Of a stretch of 64,000 nucleotides of DNA, positions 35,080-47,816 are shown one piece after another. The notes beneath the pieces are model-generated. The model had not been told where the DNA came from. It saw only the letters and a list, made by a program, of their open reading frames with translations, and made no database searches. Position 1 is the first letter of the stretch. Each line of letters starts with the position of its first letter. Made by a program: the position numbers and the translations under genes. The stretch comes from Takakia lepidozioides (Eukaryota; Plantae; Bryophyta). The stretch covers positions 38,068,001-38,132,000 of the forward strand of contig CM060734.1 in assembly GCA_030704615.1 (NCBI GenBank), read 5' to 3'.

Positions 35080-38000
35080 GTGGGTATCATATATTCAATG
35101 GGTAATAGTGTCTCTGCTCCATACACCAGTTGAAATGGTGTATGCTTCGTGGTCACCTTGTATGATGTCCTGAATGCCTATAGTGTTGAGTTCAATTTGG
35201 TGTCCCAATCTGTACGATTGGCATTTACTATCTTGGTTAAGATAGTGCATAATATTTTGTTGGTAGATTCGGCCTTACCGTTTCCTTGAGGATAGTAAGC
35301 AGTACTCTTGTGATGTACAATCATGAACTCATCCGTCAAGCATTTTATGGCATCATTTATGAAATGTGATCCTTGATCACTGACGAATTCCAGTGGGCAA
35401 CCAAATCGTGTGATGATGTTTTCATATAAGAATTTGGTTGTTGATCTGGCAGTGTTGTCTCTTAGTGCCTTGGCCTCTACCCATTTGGTAGTGTAGTCAG
35501 TGGCTGTGAGGATGTATTGGTTTTGTGTGTACCTTGCTAGAGGTTTAATGGGTCCCACGAAGTCTAGCCCCCATTGCTGAAATGGTTCTGTTGGTAGTAT
35601 TGGGTGCAGAGTCCCCTTCCCCGTTCGTTCTACTGGTCCCATCCTCTCGCAGACATCACACTGTTGACAGTGTTCATAAGTATCTCCAAATATAGTAGGC
35701 CACCAGTAGCCTGCTAGTAATTTTCTTTGCTGTCAGGTCCGAACTGAAGTGTCCTCCTGCAATTCCTTCGTGTAGTTCTTGCCATACTGTTTTGGCTTGG
35801 TATTTGTTTACACATCTTCTCATTATGGAGTCAATTCCTCTTTTGTACAGAATCCCTTTGATTAATGTGTATGGCTTGCTTTTCATTGAAAGCTTCCTCC
35901 TGTCATCTTTGGTGTAATCTTCAGGAAAAATTTCCCTGTGTTCAGATAGTATTTGATTGGCCATTGCCAATCATCTTGATCTTGATCTTGAATATCTTCT
36001 GATTCTTCTTTGGTGACTGTATAAGCTCCAATACTGATATTGGCCAATTCTTGATTGTTTGTGTCTTTGTTTTCCTTGTCATCTTCTTCTTCTGGATCTG
36101 GCTCTTCTTCAATAATAAGTCCTTCATCAAGAGGTTCATCTTCATCGGATGAATCCTCTTCTTCGTCCGTGTCGTCCATGAGTTTGAGATCATCTGGAAG
36201 GTCATAGTCTCCTTGAAACATTCCTTGAGCATTTATAGGATCTGTCTCTTCATCTGGTGCTTCCGGTTGAACAACAAACAGAAATGCATCGGGAAGTTGA
36301 TCCTCTACCCCCGTGGCTGGTTCTCCTGTAGTAATCCTTGACAGATGATCTGTTGTAACATGTAATCTCCCTGGTTTATGAACAACTTCAAAGTCGTACT
36401 CATGAAGAAGTAATAACCATCGAGCAACCCTGCCACTAGCTAGTGGTTGATTTGCTAAATGAACTAGAGCCTGATGATCAACAATAAACTTAAAGCGATT
36501 GCCAAGTAAATAATGCCGAAATTTTTGAACAGCATAAATCATTGCCAATGCTTCCCTTTCTGTGGTGCTATAATTATTTTTTTCGGCTGCTGTCAGTAAC
36601 CTGCTTGCATAATAGATTGGTGAATCTATTGTGCATGTCACATTCTGAGCTAGAACCGCTCCCAAAGCAATGCCTGATGCATCACTGTGTACATGAAATG
36701 GTAAATCCCATCTTGGATTTATCAGAATTGGTGCTGTTGTGAGTGCCCTTTTTAGTGAATCAAATGATTCCTGACAAGCTGGAGACCATCGGTATTCGGC
36801 ATCTTGCTTCAGTAGTCTATAGACTGGTGCCGCTCTGTGAGCATATTTGTCCATGTACCTTCTGTAATAGCTCGTCTGTCCAGAAATCTCTTGAGTTTCT
36901 TGGGATTTTTTGGTGGTGGTATTTTCTGGATAACCTCCACTTTCTTTGGATCTACCAGAATTCCCTGTTGGCACACAATGTGTCCCAATAATAATCCTGA
37001 ATTCACACAGAATGTACATTTTTCCGGGTTGAGACTTACTCCATTGTTTCTGCAGGCTTGTAGGCAAAGTTTTAACTGTGCCAAATGTTTGGATTTCTGT
37101 CCGAAGACACTGAAATCATCCAAAAATACCTGCATAAAATCATTGAGATAGTTCTTGAATATCTCAGATACTGCTCGTTGAAATGTGGCTGATGCATTGC
37201 AAAGTCCAAATGGGCATGACTTTGTAAGCATATGCTCCCCATTCAGTGATGAATGCGGTCTTTTCTTGGTCTTCTTCTGCCATTGTACCTGGTTGTACCC
37301 ACTAAACCCATCCATGAATGAGTACATCTCATGTCCAGCCACTGTGTCCAACACTATTTCAATGAAAGGTAGTGGAAAAGGGTCTTTCTTGGTTCCTACG
37401 TTTAACTTGCGGTAGTCCACACACACTCGTAGTTTTCCATTTTTTTTGGGTACTATCACAATGGGCAATAACCATTGTGGTGTCTCTACTGGGTATATGA
37501 ATCCTGCATCCAGTAACTTCTTGATTTCTTCCCAAACTTTAGCTGCATAGTTGGGGTTCATTCTGTAATGGTTCTGACGAATTGGTTTTGTGTCAACTTC
37601 CAATTCAATTCGGTGTTGACATATATTAGAAGGTATACCCTTCAAATCTTTGTAGTTCCAGGCAAATACATCCTTGTATTCAGTGAATAATGCAGTAGCT
37701 TCTTGTAGAAATGTTTCTTCAAGACCTGCACTTACTCGTATTATTTGTGGCTCTTCTACTGTTCCTAGATTCACTTGAATCAATTGAGTTTCTTCCGTTA
37801 CTGTCCATCCTGCGATTTCTTGTCCGATGGTTGCAATTGTGGCAGATACTTCATTGATTTGAATGTCTTCTTCCCTTTCTTGATAGAAACGGGCAGGGTG
37901 TTGAGGTGCGTTCATCGTTTCTTCCTCTGAAGCTTCCGTTCTCGAAGTATTTGGTTCTCCTTGAGTGTTCACCATGTGACATCCTACTGTTGTGGTATGC

Positions 38001-40547
38001 TTGACCACCAGTTGCCCAGTAGGTTCCAATTGTGGATGTGCTGCGTATACTGTGGCTTCTTCTTCATCCGACAGTCCACTGGACCAATCATACTCTTCCA
38101 CTATGCAAGGTCGTTTATCTCGTGGAATAGTACCTCGTTGCTTGGTAGTGATGGTGACTTTGTTATGTTTATTTTATTTTATTGTGAAAGTCTGACTTTC
38201 CCAATCATGGTGTGATTGGGCTTGTGTTAACCATGGTCGGCCAAGTAGTAGTGAATATCCTTCTGCCACATCCTCCATTCTGAGAATGGCTACTGATACT
38301 TCGTATACCAGTCTTGCTACTTCCATTGCAAGTCGTCTGATGATCCCCAATGGCTGCACTTTTCGTTGATCAGCCATTCGTACTATGAATAGAGCGGGTT
38401 TTATGTGTCCCAATCCTAGTGACTTCTTCACTTTTTCTGTCATGATATTCACTCCGGATCCTCCATTGATGAGTACATCCGTTACCATCTTCCTTGTAAT
38501 ACTTACTTGTATTGCTTCGTCGTAATCAGGAGTTTGTCGTATAGTTGTGGGTTTAATCGTGTAAACTTCTGGTGTTGGTTTTTGTTTTGGTGTGGGGGTC
38601 AATGCCTCGATTGCCCGGAACAAAGTTTTCTTGCAGTGCGGAGCAATTTTTAATAATTGTCCAATGGTAATTTGGGTCTTGGTCTGGCAGATTACTTCGG
38701 CCAATTCTGTTTCCGTGGTTGTATTCGTGGTCTTCATCGTTGGTCTGATTTGCTTATCTGGAGTTGGCTCCCCAGAAGGTATATGAGTACCCTCTCGCAT
38801 TTGAGCTATGGCTTTACTTACCTCCTGGTGTAAGCTCTTTTCCTCCTGCCATGCTGCACTTTATGGATATTGTTTCCGTTCTTCTTCAATCTCCTTATCT
38901 GGAGGTTTCTGTTTCTTGGCCTGAGTTCGGGTTACCGCAAGGGTATCCACTACAGGGGTTACCACACTTACGGCTACACTTGGTCCGGCTTCCATATTTC
39001 CCACTTCTGCCTCATGCTTGATTCGCAACTGGCATTCATGTTTCCAGTGCCCTTCTTTCTTGCAATAGTGGCATCTCGTGCTTTCTTTGTTTCTGGGTTG
39101 ATGTTCCCTATCCCTTGGTGGATATTCATTTTGTGGCCTCTGATAACGATTACCCATATTGTATCGTCTTGGTTCGTCCGATCCTCCCCGTCGGATTCCC
39201 CTACCTCTCGTGTGTACCCAGTCTTCTTGGCCCGTTGGTTGTAAATACAATGGCTGGTATTATGATTGTTCATATGACAAATATCACAGTATTTGTCGTT
39301 CATATGGCATTCCGTTGTCAGGTGTCCTGCAGTCCCACATGTGTGACACCTTGTTGCCTTTCGTGGCCCTTCATCTTTAAAATTCTTGATAGCCTCTGCT
39401 ATCTTCTGATCCAAAGTGGTTTTGTCAATCACTTCTTTCTTCTTTTGTTTGGGTTTTTCTTCATCATCAGAGTCTTCTTCCTCCAAGAGATCCTTGGAAT
39501 CTTTGCTTCTGCTCTGATGGAATCCCAATTCCAACTTCTTTGCAGTCCCTACTGCTTCAGCCAAAGTGTTGTTAGGCATGACTGTAACCATGGTTACGTA
39601 TTCATGATGAAGTCCATTGATGAACCATTTTTTGCAATCATCCCCTGGTGCTTGATCAGTCATTCTCTCCAGGTAGTCGACTACAATTCTTTCTTTTCTG
39701 TCTTAGGTTCTGTAATCATGTGAAGATTTCAGACGTGGATTTGTTGGATCTATATCTTTCTTGAAACGCGGGCTATCCGCCCCAATTTGGGAAAGCCAAC
39801 CATTCAATGCCTTCCGGGCCATTGAACAAGGAAATAGTCGGATCTTCTCTTGGTCTGCTTCATTGTAAATGGTGCACATTTTCAAAAGATTAGATATCTG
39901 GATCAGATTTCCCCATCATATAAAGGAAATGGTGGTCTGGTTTTGCTTACTGCTAAAGCCATCAGTGCAGCTGGTGCAACTGGTTGCCCAAACTGGGATG
40001 GTCCCGCTGCTGTTGGCTGGAGTGGTGTTGGTGTTTGTCTTCCAAACAGTGATTCAAAGCTAGGAGGTCCTTGTCCCAATGATAGTCGTCTTCCAGCTGC
40101 TGTCCCTACTAAGCTTAATGAATCTTTAAAAGCTTTGAGTGCAGTTCTGGTTATCCTTTCTGGAGAAGTGCTTTCACTTCTTTCACCTTCTTCACTCAGA
40201 ATGTTCTCAAATCTTTCTTCTAATATTTCAGCAAAACCTCGATTTGGACTTGTTACTGTAGAAGGTCCTGCAGATCTTTCTTGTGGTAACCATTCATCAA
40301 ATACATTACTGGCAACTTCTTCTGGTGTAGTGTTCCCACTTCCCACCGATCCGATTTCCTGATCTTCTGGTTTATCACTGTCAATTTGTCTTGATGTCTC
40401 ACCTTGAATAATATTCAAATTCTGTAATTCTGGGAACTTTTCTCTTAACCGAGCATATTTCTCTATTCGTTCAGCTCTGTCTTGTTTAGCTTTCTCTTTA
40501 ATTTCCTCATTCATTCCCACATCATATGTAGAATTCTTTTTCGGCAC
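35080..40547 (-). pseudogene. Family C gag-pol, frameshifted
   Basis: CCHC knuckles; LINGGSG..LLLGRPWL; FMDGFSGYNQ, FLDDF; HSDASG..EREALA; acidic insert; HEGIAGGHFS; GLDFVGP..SDQG..AESTNK. Confidence 0.9.
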
Positions 40548-40679
40548 CCTTTAAACAGTCTTGGTATGTCAGTAAAGAAAATTTATAGTGGTCTCTACCC
40601 TTTCTTCAAGATTTATCCTATCTTGCAAGAATCCGTATTACGACTTAATTTTCTTTTTTACTGATTGATCACCAAACTT

Positions 40680-41120
40680 TTAATGGGCACAATAATACCA
40701 TCTATCTTTTTCAGTGTATCTGACTTGCAATAAGTCTTTGGGTATCCAATACTACACTGCTTCTATGATCGGGTGACAATATTCATAATTTGAACATCAT
40801 TCTCTGAAAATATAACTAGTGTAGCAAACTTTTCTGATTGGGATTAGAGTAATCAATAGAGCTAGACGAGACAACCACTCTTCAGTTCTAATCCTACATT
40901 CCCAAGGTGCTCGTGTAATACTGATCACTCCTCCCTTCAATCCCCATTTGTCATCTTATTTCGCGACTGAAAGAAAGATTTTCTGTTGTATTGCTCTTGG
41001 TAAACCATGAAATTTTTCCAGGAATGTTTTCCATTCCTTTGCTTCTGTTGACTCGTTCTGTCGTGATTTCAAGAAATCACTGAGTAACCATCCTTCTTTG
41101 AGTACTCTTGAACTCAACAT
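40680..41120 (-). pseudogene. Accessory ORF0 of family C, with three internal stops
   Basis: One frame from ATG 41120: ..GWLLSDF..FHGLPRAIQQKIFLSVAK*DDKWGLKGGVI..EWLSRLALLITLIPIRKV..WIPKDLL. Confidence 0.7.
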
Positions 41121-41128
41121 ACCGTTAG

Positions 41129-41146
41129 TCCCCAGTATGGTCGCCA
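41129..41146 (-). promoter_or_regulatory. Primer-binding site, tRNA-Arg-like
   Basis: TGGCGACCATACTGGGGA, 2 nt after the LTR end (..GTTAACA). It resembles the tRNA-Arg PBS of Tat/Ogre-type elements. Confidence 0.75.
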
Positions 41147-41148
41147 AA

Positions 41149-42031
41149 TGTTAACTGCTGGTTTATGACTTAGACAAAATAGACTATCGACACTATTGCC
41201 CATTTCCTAAGACATGCAACAGAGGTTGTCCGACGGTATGCTTTCATAAACGATTACGAAGTAATCGTTTTAAGGATAGCTAAACCATGAACGTCATATG
41301 AAACCATATTCCTGTAGGCTGCTTAATCATATTGATTAAGCCCAATCTACAGTCTCTTAATATAAAAGATTTTAGTCCAAAGGACTGAGGCCTCTGGATT
41401 CATACAACAGAGGGTAGTCAAGACAAAACAAGAACTATTCTGAGATGATACACATTCTCACCATATCACGTTTTCTCATAATGCACATTCTCTCCATCTC
41501 ACATTCACTCTATACAGAGATACTTCGAATAGCATGGCTTTACTTCAGAGCTCCTCACATCATCACAGAAGTACACACTGATCCCTGATACTCACACTAC
41601 ACACTCCACACTACACGCTCCACATTACACACCTTCTAAGTTGCGTGCAGTCTTTTTATACTATGCTCAAAAGAGCCGTTACAGTCTGCGGTCATTAATG
41701 ACCGTTTGCCTAACTGCCTACGCAACCTAAAAGGTTTGCTAAAAAGTGGCTCGTTGTAGTGGTCGTGAGCCATAGTGGTAAACAGTCCACTACTCTCTCT
41801 ATTGGTTAAAGCCGATGCTAACGTGGTCGTGTAATATCGTGGTTCACGGCTCACGGTTACTACACTACCCACTACTGCTCTCGTGGTAATGTACCCTTGT
41901 CCCACCATTGGCTAAGTACCGTGTACTTAGCCGTCTCTGCCTGTGGCCCAGGTAGTGTACGTCCCTCACTACCTGGTATATCTCGTTGTGACCCTCGTTG
42001 TCTGTCCCTCGTAGCATAGCCGTTATCAACA
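41149..42031 (-). repeat. 5' LTR of family C (~883 bp)
   Basis: TGTT..AACA termini, an adjacent PBS, a paralog at 17705-18011, and unrelated coding relic resuming at 42032. Confidence 0.8.
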
Positions 42032-42659
42032 TGCTCCAGTGTTGAAATTGATTTATCCTGCCAAGAATGAGATTGTACTTTGCACCAATGCGAGTGATCT
42101 CACTATTGGAGCAGTGTTAATGTAGAGTGGTCAGGTTATTGCCTACGAGTCTAGGAACTTAGTCCAGCTAAACAAAATTATCATGTTCACGAAAAAGAAC
42201 TTCTGGCTGTAATTCATGCGTTGAAAATATGGAGGCATTACTTGCTTCATGTGGACTTTACAAGAGACAGATCATGAGTGTTTGAAATATCGAGTAGCAC
42301 ACAACCCAGTTTGAGTCGACGACAAATCCGATGGGTTCAATTTCTTCAGTATTTTCATTATGATCTACAATATGTGAAAGGAAAGAAGAATATGCTGGCA
42401 TATGCACTCTCTAGAAGGCCAATGGTCAATGCAATGTCCTTTGCGAGAAGCTGAATGATTGACGATGTAAAACATCATTATGCTAATGATGTGTTTCTCA
42501 AAACACCTTATAAAAGTCTAGAGCTCTCATGACAGTCGGACTTCTGATGAGAAAGACAAGTGTCGTCATACCTATTGCGCAATGGGATATTATGTTATCA
42601 CTTGTGGTGCATTTTTTGCTTACAAGATTTGCGACTACGTGTTATTTATGACTGTTATA
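42032..42659 (+). pseudogene. Old chromovirus-type RNase H relic
   Basis: [60 protein letters not shown], with stops and frameshifts. Confidence 0.8.
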
Positions 42660-42835
42660 CACTAGTAGGAATCACCGAAATAACGACTCAAGAAACGACT
42701 GGAAACCTAGTCGTTTCAGTCACAAACGACTGGGCGACTACGAGTCCAAAAGACCAAGTCCATTCGGTCAGCCCAGTCGCTTCGGTCATGACATGGTCGG
42801 AGTCGATCCAGTCAGTCATTTCGTCGACTGTGGGG
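42660..42835 (+). mobile_element. Possible CACTA transposon end with short subterminal repeats
   Basis: CACTAGTAGGAA lies at the break of the RNase H relic and is followed by ACGACT/AGTCG units in both orientations. The other end was not found. Confidence 0.45.
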
Positions 42836-44032
42836 TAATTTTTGAGGAGTGGTTGCGTGACACCGCCGCACGGAGCTTTGTTTCATGGTTTTAGTCATGG
42901 TTAACTAGAATTACCTACTTCTAGTTAACTAGGACATTTTGGATATTTATATTTGTATTTTGTGTGTTGGGACTTCATTTGGTCTCATATGCCAAGTGAG
43001 GTATCAAGCCTCACTTGGGACATTGGGATAGGTTTTCCCCTTGTGAGTGTTGAGAAGGGCTCATCTTTTTGTAGTTAAGCTTCCATGAGCCTCTCTCACC
43101 TCCATAGCTTTAGGTATTGAGAGGGAGTGTGTTGAGGGCTTCGTAGGGTGGATTCTTTTAGCAAAGGTGCCCTTGGCTTAACTTAGTTTATGTGATAGAG
43201 TGGATTTTACTTGGAAGGATTAGAGCTTCTTCTTCGTGTGATTGCTTCATGCTTGAGAGCTTTCAATGTCTTCCACTTCTTTCATTTTCTCATCTCTTAT
43301 CACTACAAGAAGATATCCTTATGCTTGTGAGTGCGGAGTGTAAGGATTAGTTTTGCACTTGTATGTTAAACAGATTAAGAACTACGAGAATTTAGCTCTT
43401 GTATCACAAGGTTTGCAAGGGGTTGCAAGGAAATGTGCTCGGGTGTTGCATGCACCAAGGAATTGGAGAGAAGAAAGCTCTTGAGTCACAAGATTTTGCA
43501 AGGATTGCAAGGGGATGTCTTATGTGTGTGGAAGCATGGATTGTAGGGTTTGAGAATCTTTTCTATGCATTGTGGAGTGAATGGTGTGTGCCATGGCTTG
43601 TGGAGAGCCACTAAAAGATTGTTAGTGCTCATCTCACTAACAATCTAGGGTTAAGCAAGCTCAAGTGTGGAAGTTGTGGAAGAGAAGCCAAGGAGCTACA
43701 TAGGCTTGGGCTTGAAGACAACAAGGGCAAGCACTTGGAGATCAGCACTAAGAAGCTCAAGAGGTTTTGAAAGTGAGCATGTGAAGAAATCTTCCAATCA
43801 TGGTGGTGTGGAGCCAAGCTCAGGGCATTGGAAGGGGATGAAGAACATATGGTGGGAAATCCTTGAAGGGAGATCATCATTCAATGTATGCTTCACCCTA
43901 ACTATGTAATGTGACAAGAGGGGAAGGCAATGCTCGGCTATTCATGCTCTTGGTAGAGTGAGCTTTGTAGTGGATAGTTGACCAAGCAAGTGGTGTATGT
44001 GTGGAGCATGCTGAGATCTTGAGTTTGTAAGT

Positions 44033-45065
44033 TCGGCGGTCGCATTTTTTTATTTTATTTTTCAATCTTTTATAAATACCAAAAAGAGCAAACGCCGAAT
44101 TGGCGGTCGCTTCATTTAAAAAATACAAAAAAGAACGACCGCCATAGGATGGTTGCTTCATTTTTTAGAAAAACTTAACAGATCGACCGCCGTATTGGCG
44201 GTCGCTTCATTTTTAATTTTTAATTTTCTTAAAGAAATTGAAAACAAAACGTAAACGAGCGACTGCCGAATTGGCGGTCACTTCAGTTTCTTAAAAAGCA
44301 AAGAAGAGCGACCGCCGTATGGCGGTTGCTTCAGTTTTTTTTAATTATTATTATTTAAAATAAATAAATAAAAATCAATTAATTAATTAAAATTAATTTT
44401 ATTTTTTTAAAAAACTTTAAGGAGCGACCGCTATTAGTTTTTAAAAATCGAAAAAAGAGCGACTGCCATAGGGCGGTTGCTTCATTTTTTTCTTTAAAAC
44501 AACTTCATTTTTTAAAATATTAAAAAGGAGCGACTGCCGTATTGGCGGTCGCTTCTTCAGTTTTTTAAGAAGCGAAAAAGTGCGACCGCCATCGGGCGGT
44601 CGCTTCATTTTTTAAGAAATAAAAAACTTCATTATTTTTTTTTATTTTTAATTAAATGTTTTTAAAGGAGGAACCGCTGTGTTGGCGGTCGCTTCACTTT
44701 CTTAAAAAAAACGAAGAAGAGCGACCACCATATGGCGGTCGTTTATTATTATTATTAAAAAAATTATTTAAAAATTAACTTATTTATTTATTTATTTATT
44801 TTAAAAAAAAAATTAAAGGAGCAACCGCCGTATTGACAGTCGCTTCAGTTTTTTAAAAGCGAAAAAGAGCGACCCTATATGACGGTTGCTTCATTTTTAA
44901 AATAAATAAACTAAAATGAGCGACCACCGTAGTGGCGGTTGCTTCATTTAAAAATTAAAAAAAAAAATACGACTGTCGCTTCATTATTTTAAGAAACAAA
45001 AATGAGCGACCGCCGTTTTGGCGGTTGCTTCATATATGTTTTAAAAAAAAAAACGACTGCCGTAT
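44033..45065. repeat. Array of ~27-28-bp palindromes GAGCGACCGCC-N4/5-GGCGGTCGCTTC in AT-rich spacers
   Basis: About 14 near-complete and 4 partial copies, counted by eye. Confidence 0.9.
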
Positions 45066-46085
45066 CCACTGTCCCATGTAGGTTCAGCCTTGCTATTTAT
45101 CCTTGCTCAGGTCCTTGATATCTCCAATCAGCTTTAGCCTTTCGATCCAATCTCTCACATCTTCACTTTCCCATCTGTGAAATGGTGCGTCAATTCCAGA
45201 AGGGTTTGACATTGTGAAGTTCTTGTCAAATCATGGATTCACTTTGAGCTATTGAGTTGAGTCATGCAGGCACTTTGACCCACTGTACCTATGAGTTGTA
45301 TATGTAGAAGGACCAGCTCTTCCAGCATCGGCACCTCCTTTGCATGCTTGACCGTCTTGTGCATACAACTGGTGGTCGATGACCACTTAATACTCATCAA
45401 GGGCTCTGCTCGCAGTTTCTGTAGGTGTTCCCAGTATTGAGTTTTTTTTCTTTAAAAAAATAAAACGGGACAGAACCTTGTTACTCAAATTAGAACGAGG
45501 ATCCGAGGGCAGTCATCCCCTCTATGCTTTGCCAAAATGTGGAAGAAGGAATGGTGCCTAGCTCATCTCTGCCTTCGACAGTTCTTGGGGCAAATGGGAG
45601 TGTTCAGCAGGAGAATATCAGATACCAGAATCGAATGGGCAACTAGTCTCCCAACTTGTTGGCAGCGTGGATAGCAGTTGCATTTCCCCATCAGGGTCGG
45701 ATGGATCAGGATCGATCAACTGGAGACACCGGAAGCGGTCTCTAAGAAAAGGAAAATCGAAAGCTCAACTTTCTTTTGAGTCCTCTAAAAGGAAGAAGAG
45801 TAGTTCTTGATTCTCAGTCTCGCTCTTTGGATTCCTATGAGTTAGCTTCTTCATAGGATGATTCTTCTCCATGGTATAGATCTTGTGAGATGCAGTTTTG
45901 CTGGCACAGTGGATGCAGATTTACGTATTCTCAGGTTCTTGGCTGCAGATTACCTTCTTCTCTGGTAATTAGTCTCTGGGATATTGTCTCTCCCTGAATT
46001 CTCTTGCCTTAGCGCCTTCCATGGCCATTTGTGCTTTCCTTATCTGTGTTTTATGGCTCGGAGTGGAACCTCATTCATATGCCTT

Positions 46086-46173
46086 TTGTAAGGTTATTTT
46101 TTCCTTACCATTTTAATAAAACATCCAGGGCCACTGTCCCCTGTTCTCTCTAAATTAAATAAATAAATAAAAA
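46086..46173 (+). repeat. Retroposon (LINE-type) 3' tail
   Basis: TTGTAAGGTTATTTTTTCCTTACC, AATAAA, CAGGG..CCCTG and an A-rich tail. The same 24-mer and layout occur at 61954-62030. Confidence 0.6.
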
Positions 46174-46770
46174 ATGAACGAAGAAAAAATAACCCCGTGG
46201 GAGGCCATGCGAAGGTCAAATGGGGGGACCTCCCAGAACACCACAAAGGGTAGCAAAGGTAACCAGTCATGGTTCCGTGAGTCTTTAGAGGAATGGATAA
46301 ATACTAGACTTTCTACATCCAATTACCGTACTTTCAAAGACGTGCCGGACTAATTAATATTTCTTGAAGAAGGGGTCCGGCAGGCTTTTTGGGAATTTCT
46401 GCCCCGTTCCGACAGTAATCATGATAAGTAATAAAAAAGGACTAATGTATCATATGTACATGGCTAGTGCAGTGGTAATGTGTGAAATTGGGCAAATAGG
46501 CGTTGGGGTCAGAATTTTGACATTTGGCATTGAGTGGGCTTCAATTTTAAATTTTTTGGCAGCCCTCTTTGGGATTTAATTATCATCGGACAGCATATTG
46601 AACATGCGCCAGTCCTAATTTCATAGCATGTAACATATCACTCTTTCATGTAACATATCACTCTTTCGAAGTTGTTCGTCACTATGGTGAATTTCTACAC
46701 ATAAGTAATAAGTAGTGAAGATTGTTTCATATTGAACATGCGCCGGTCCTTCCTTACCACCGACGTAAAC

Positions 46771-47135
46771 TAAGGATTTTGGGGGCAGATTATGCGTTTT
46801 ATGAGGCAAATTAAAATGCAGAAGATCGTCGCTCCACGCCGTCCAGGGTGCTGGCGCATTCTGCATTCATAACCGGCAGTTTGACTGCCATAAATAGGCT
46901 GTTTGACTTTTATCTACTCATTGTGGCCTGCAGCCAATCAGAGGCCTCGCATAATCTGTCCCAAAAATCCTTTACGCCAGTTAACGGGCAGGGGTTGGCA
47001 ATGCCTCCCCGTGCTAGTCGACAGGCGAGCCCGGGAGTTCACGGGCAGGGGTTGGCATATTATGCCTCCCCGTTCGCCATCACGCTCGCCTGACGACTAG
47101 CACGGGGAGGCATAATATACCAACCCCGGCCCGTT
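46771..47135. repeat. Cluster of local hairpins
   Basis: 46771-46796 is the inverse of ~46938-46963. 46983-47030 is the inverse of 47084-47135, with a third arm copy in the loop. Confidence 0.75.
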
Positions 47136-47816
47136 ATCTAGTACATAGTCCAAGTTGGGGAAGCTCCCCGAGCAGGGTCTCCATACATCGTGACCTGCAG
47201 AGAAGTTGGGTGATGTCAGCATCATGATGAGTACTTACTGCCAGTTCCTGCAACGGACTTCACACCTGCAAGTGACACTTGCACCCCAAGATCTAGGCCT
47301 ACCTGCTTGATTGCGATGTTCAGTGCCAGCCTCGGACACGGAATTGTACAGTCAATTAGCATTATGTACATGCGGCTCGCCTGCCACCTGGCTGGGTGTG
47401 CCAGGTGGCCCTGGAAGGCAGGAAGTGGCGGGGTCACGAGAAGCTTGTGCTCATCAAGGCGAGTTTCATAGTTGTGGATAAACGGATAAACCATAAGCAT
47501 GGCCTGACCTTTTTTCGGTCGCCGTGAAATCTGTACGAGTACAGACTTGGAATCTGCCACAAGTGTTTGGTGCTACTGACAGGCCGATCAATCCTACTGA
47601 AAATTTGGACTTGGCCTAAAGAGCACTGATGATAACCAATGTCTTATTATTACTGACTCCATCGCCTTTATTGTGCCAGACTATATCCGGTACAGAGTAC
47701 AGAGAGACTACGTCAGATTCCCGAAGGCGTTGTGTGCCCGCGTGGCGGAGGGCACGTGGCAGGCGGGCAGGTTGGAGGCCACGCATCACGACACTAAAAC
47801 TTATCCCATCTGTGTC

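Larger units (their letters stand above)
35080..42031 (-). mobile_element. Gypsy family C element: 5' LTR-PBS-ORF0-gag-pol, 3'-truncated within integrase
   Basis: LTR 41149-42031, PBS, gag 40547-38861, protease 38800-38174, RT-RH-INT 38101-35080 in several frames. Confidence 0.9.

Noticed and set aside
9646-35642. One Gypsy element split by 24 kb of nested insertions
   Set aside because: The two integrase pieces overlap by ~230 bp with many substitutions, so they are two copies of one family.
43301-43311. Second CACTA terminus (CACTACAAGAA)
   Set aside because: No subterminal repeats or matching end, and it lies within LTR-like sequence, so it is probably chance.
44033-45065. CRISPR array
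   Set aside because: Eukaryotic context, no cas genes, degenerate repeats, and low-complexity spacers that are variable in length and related to each other.
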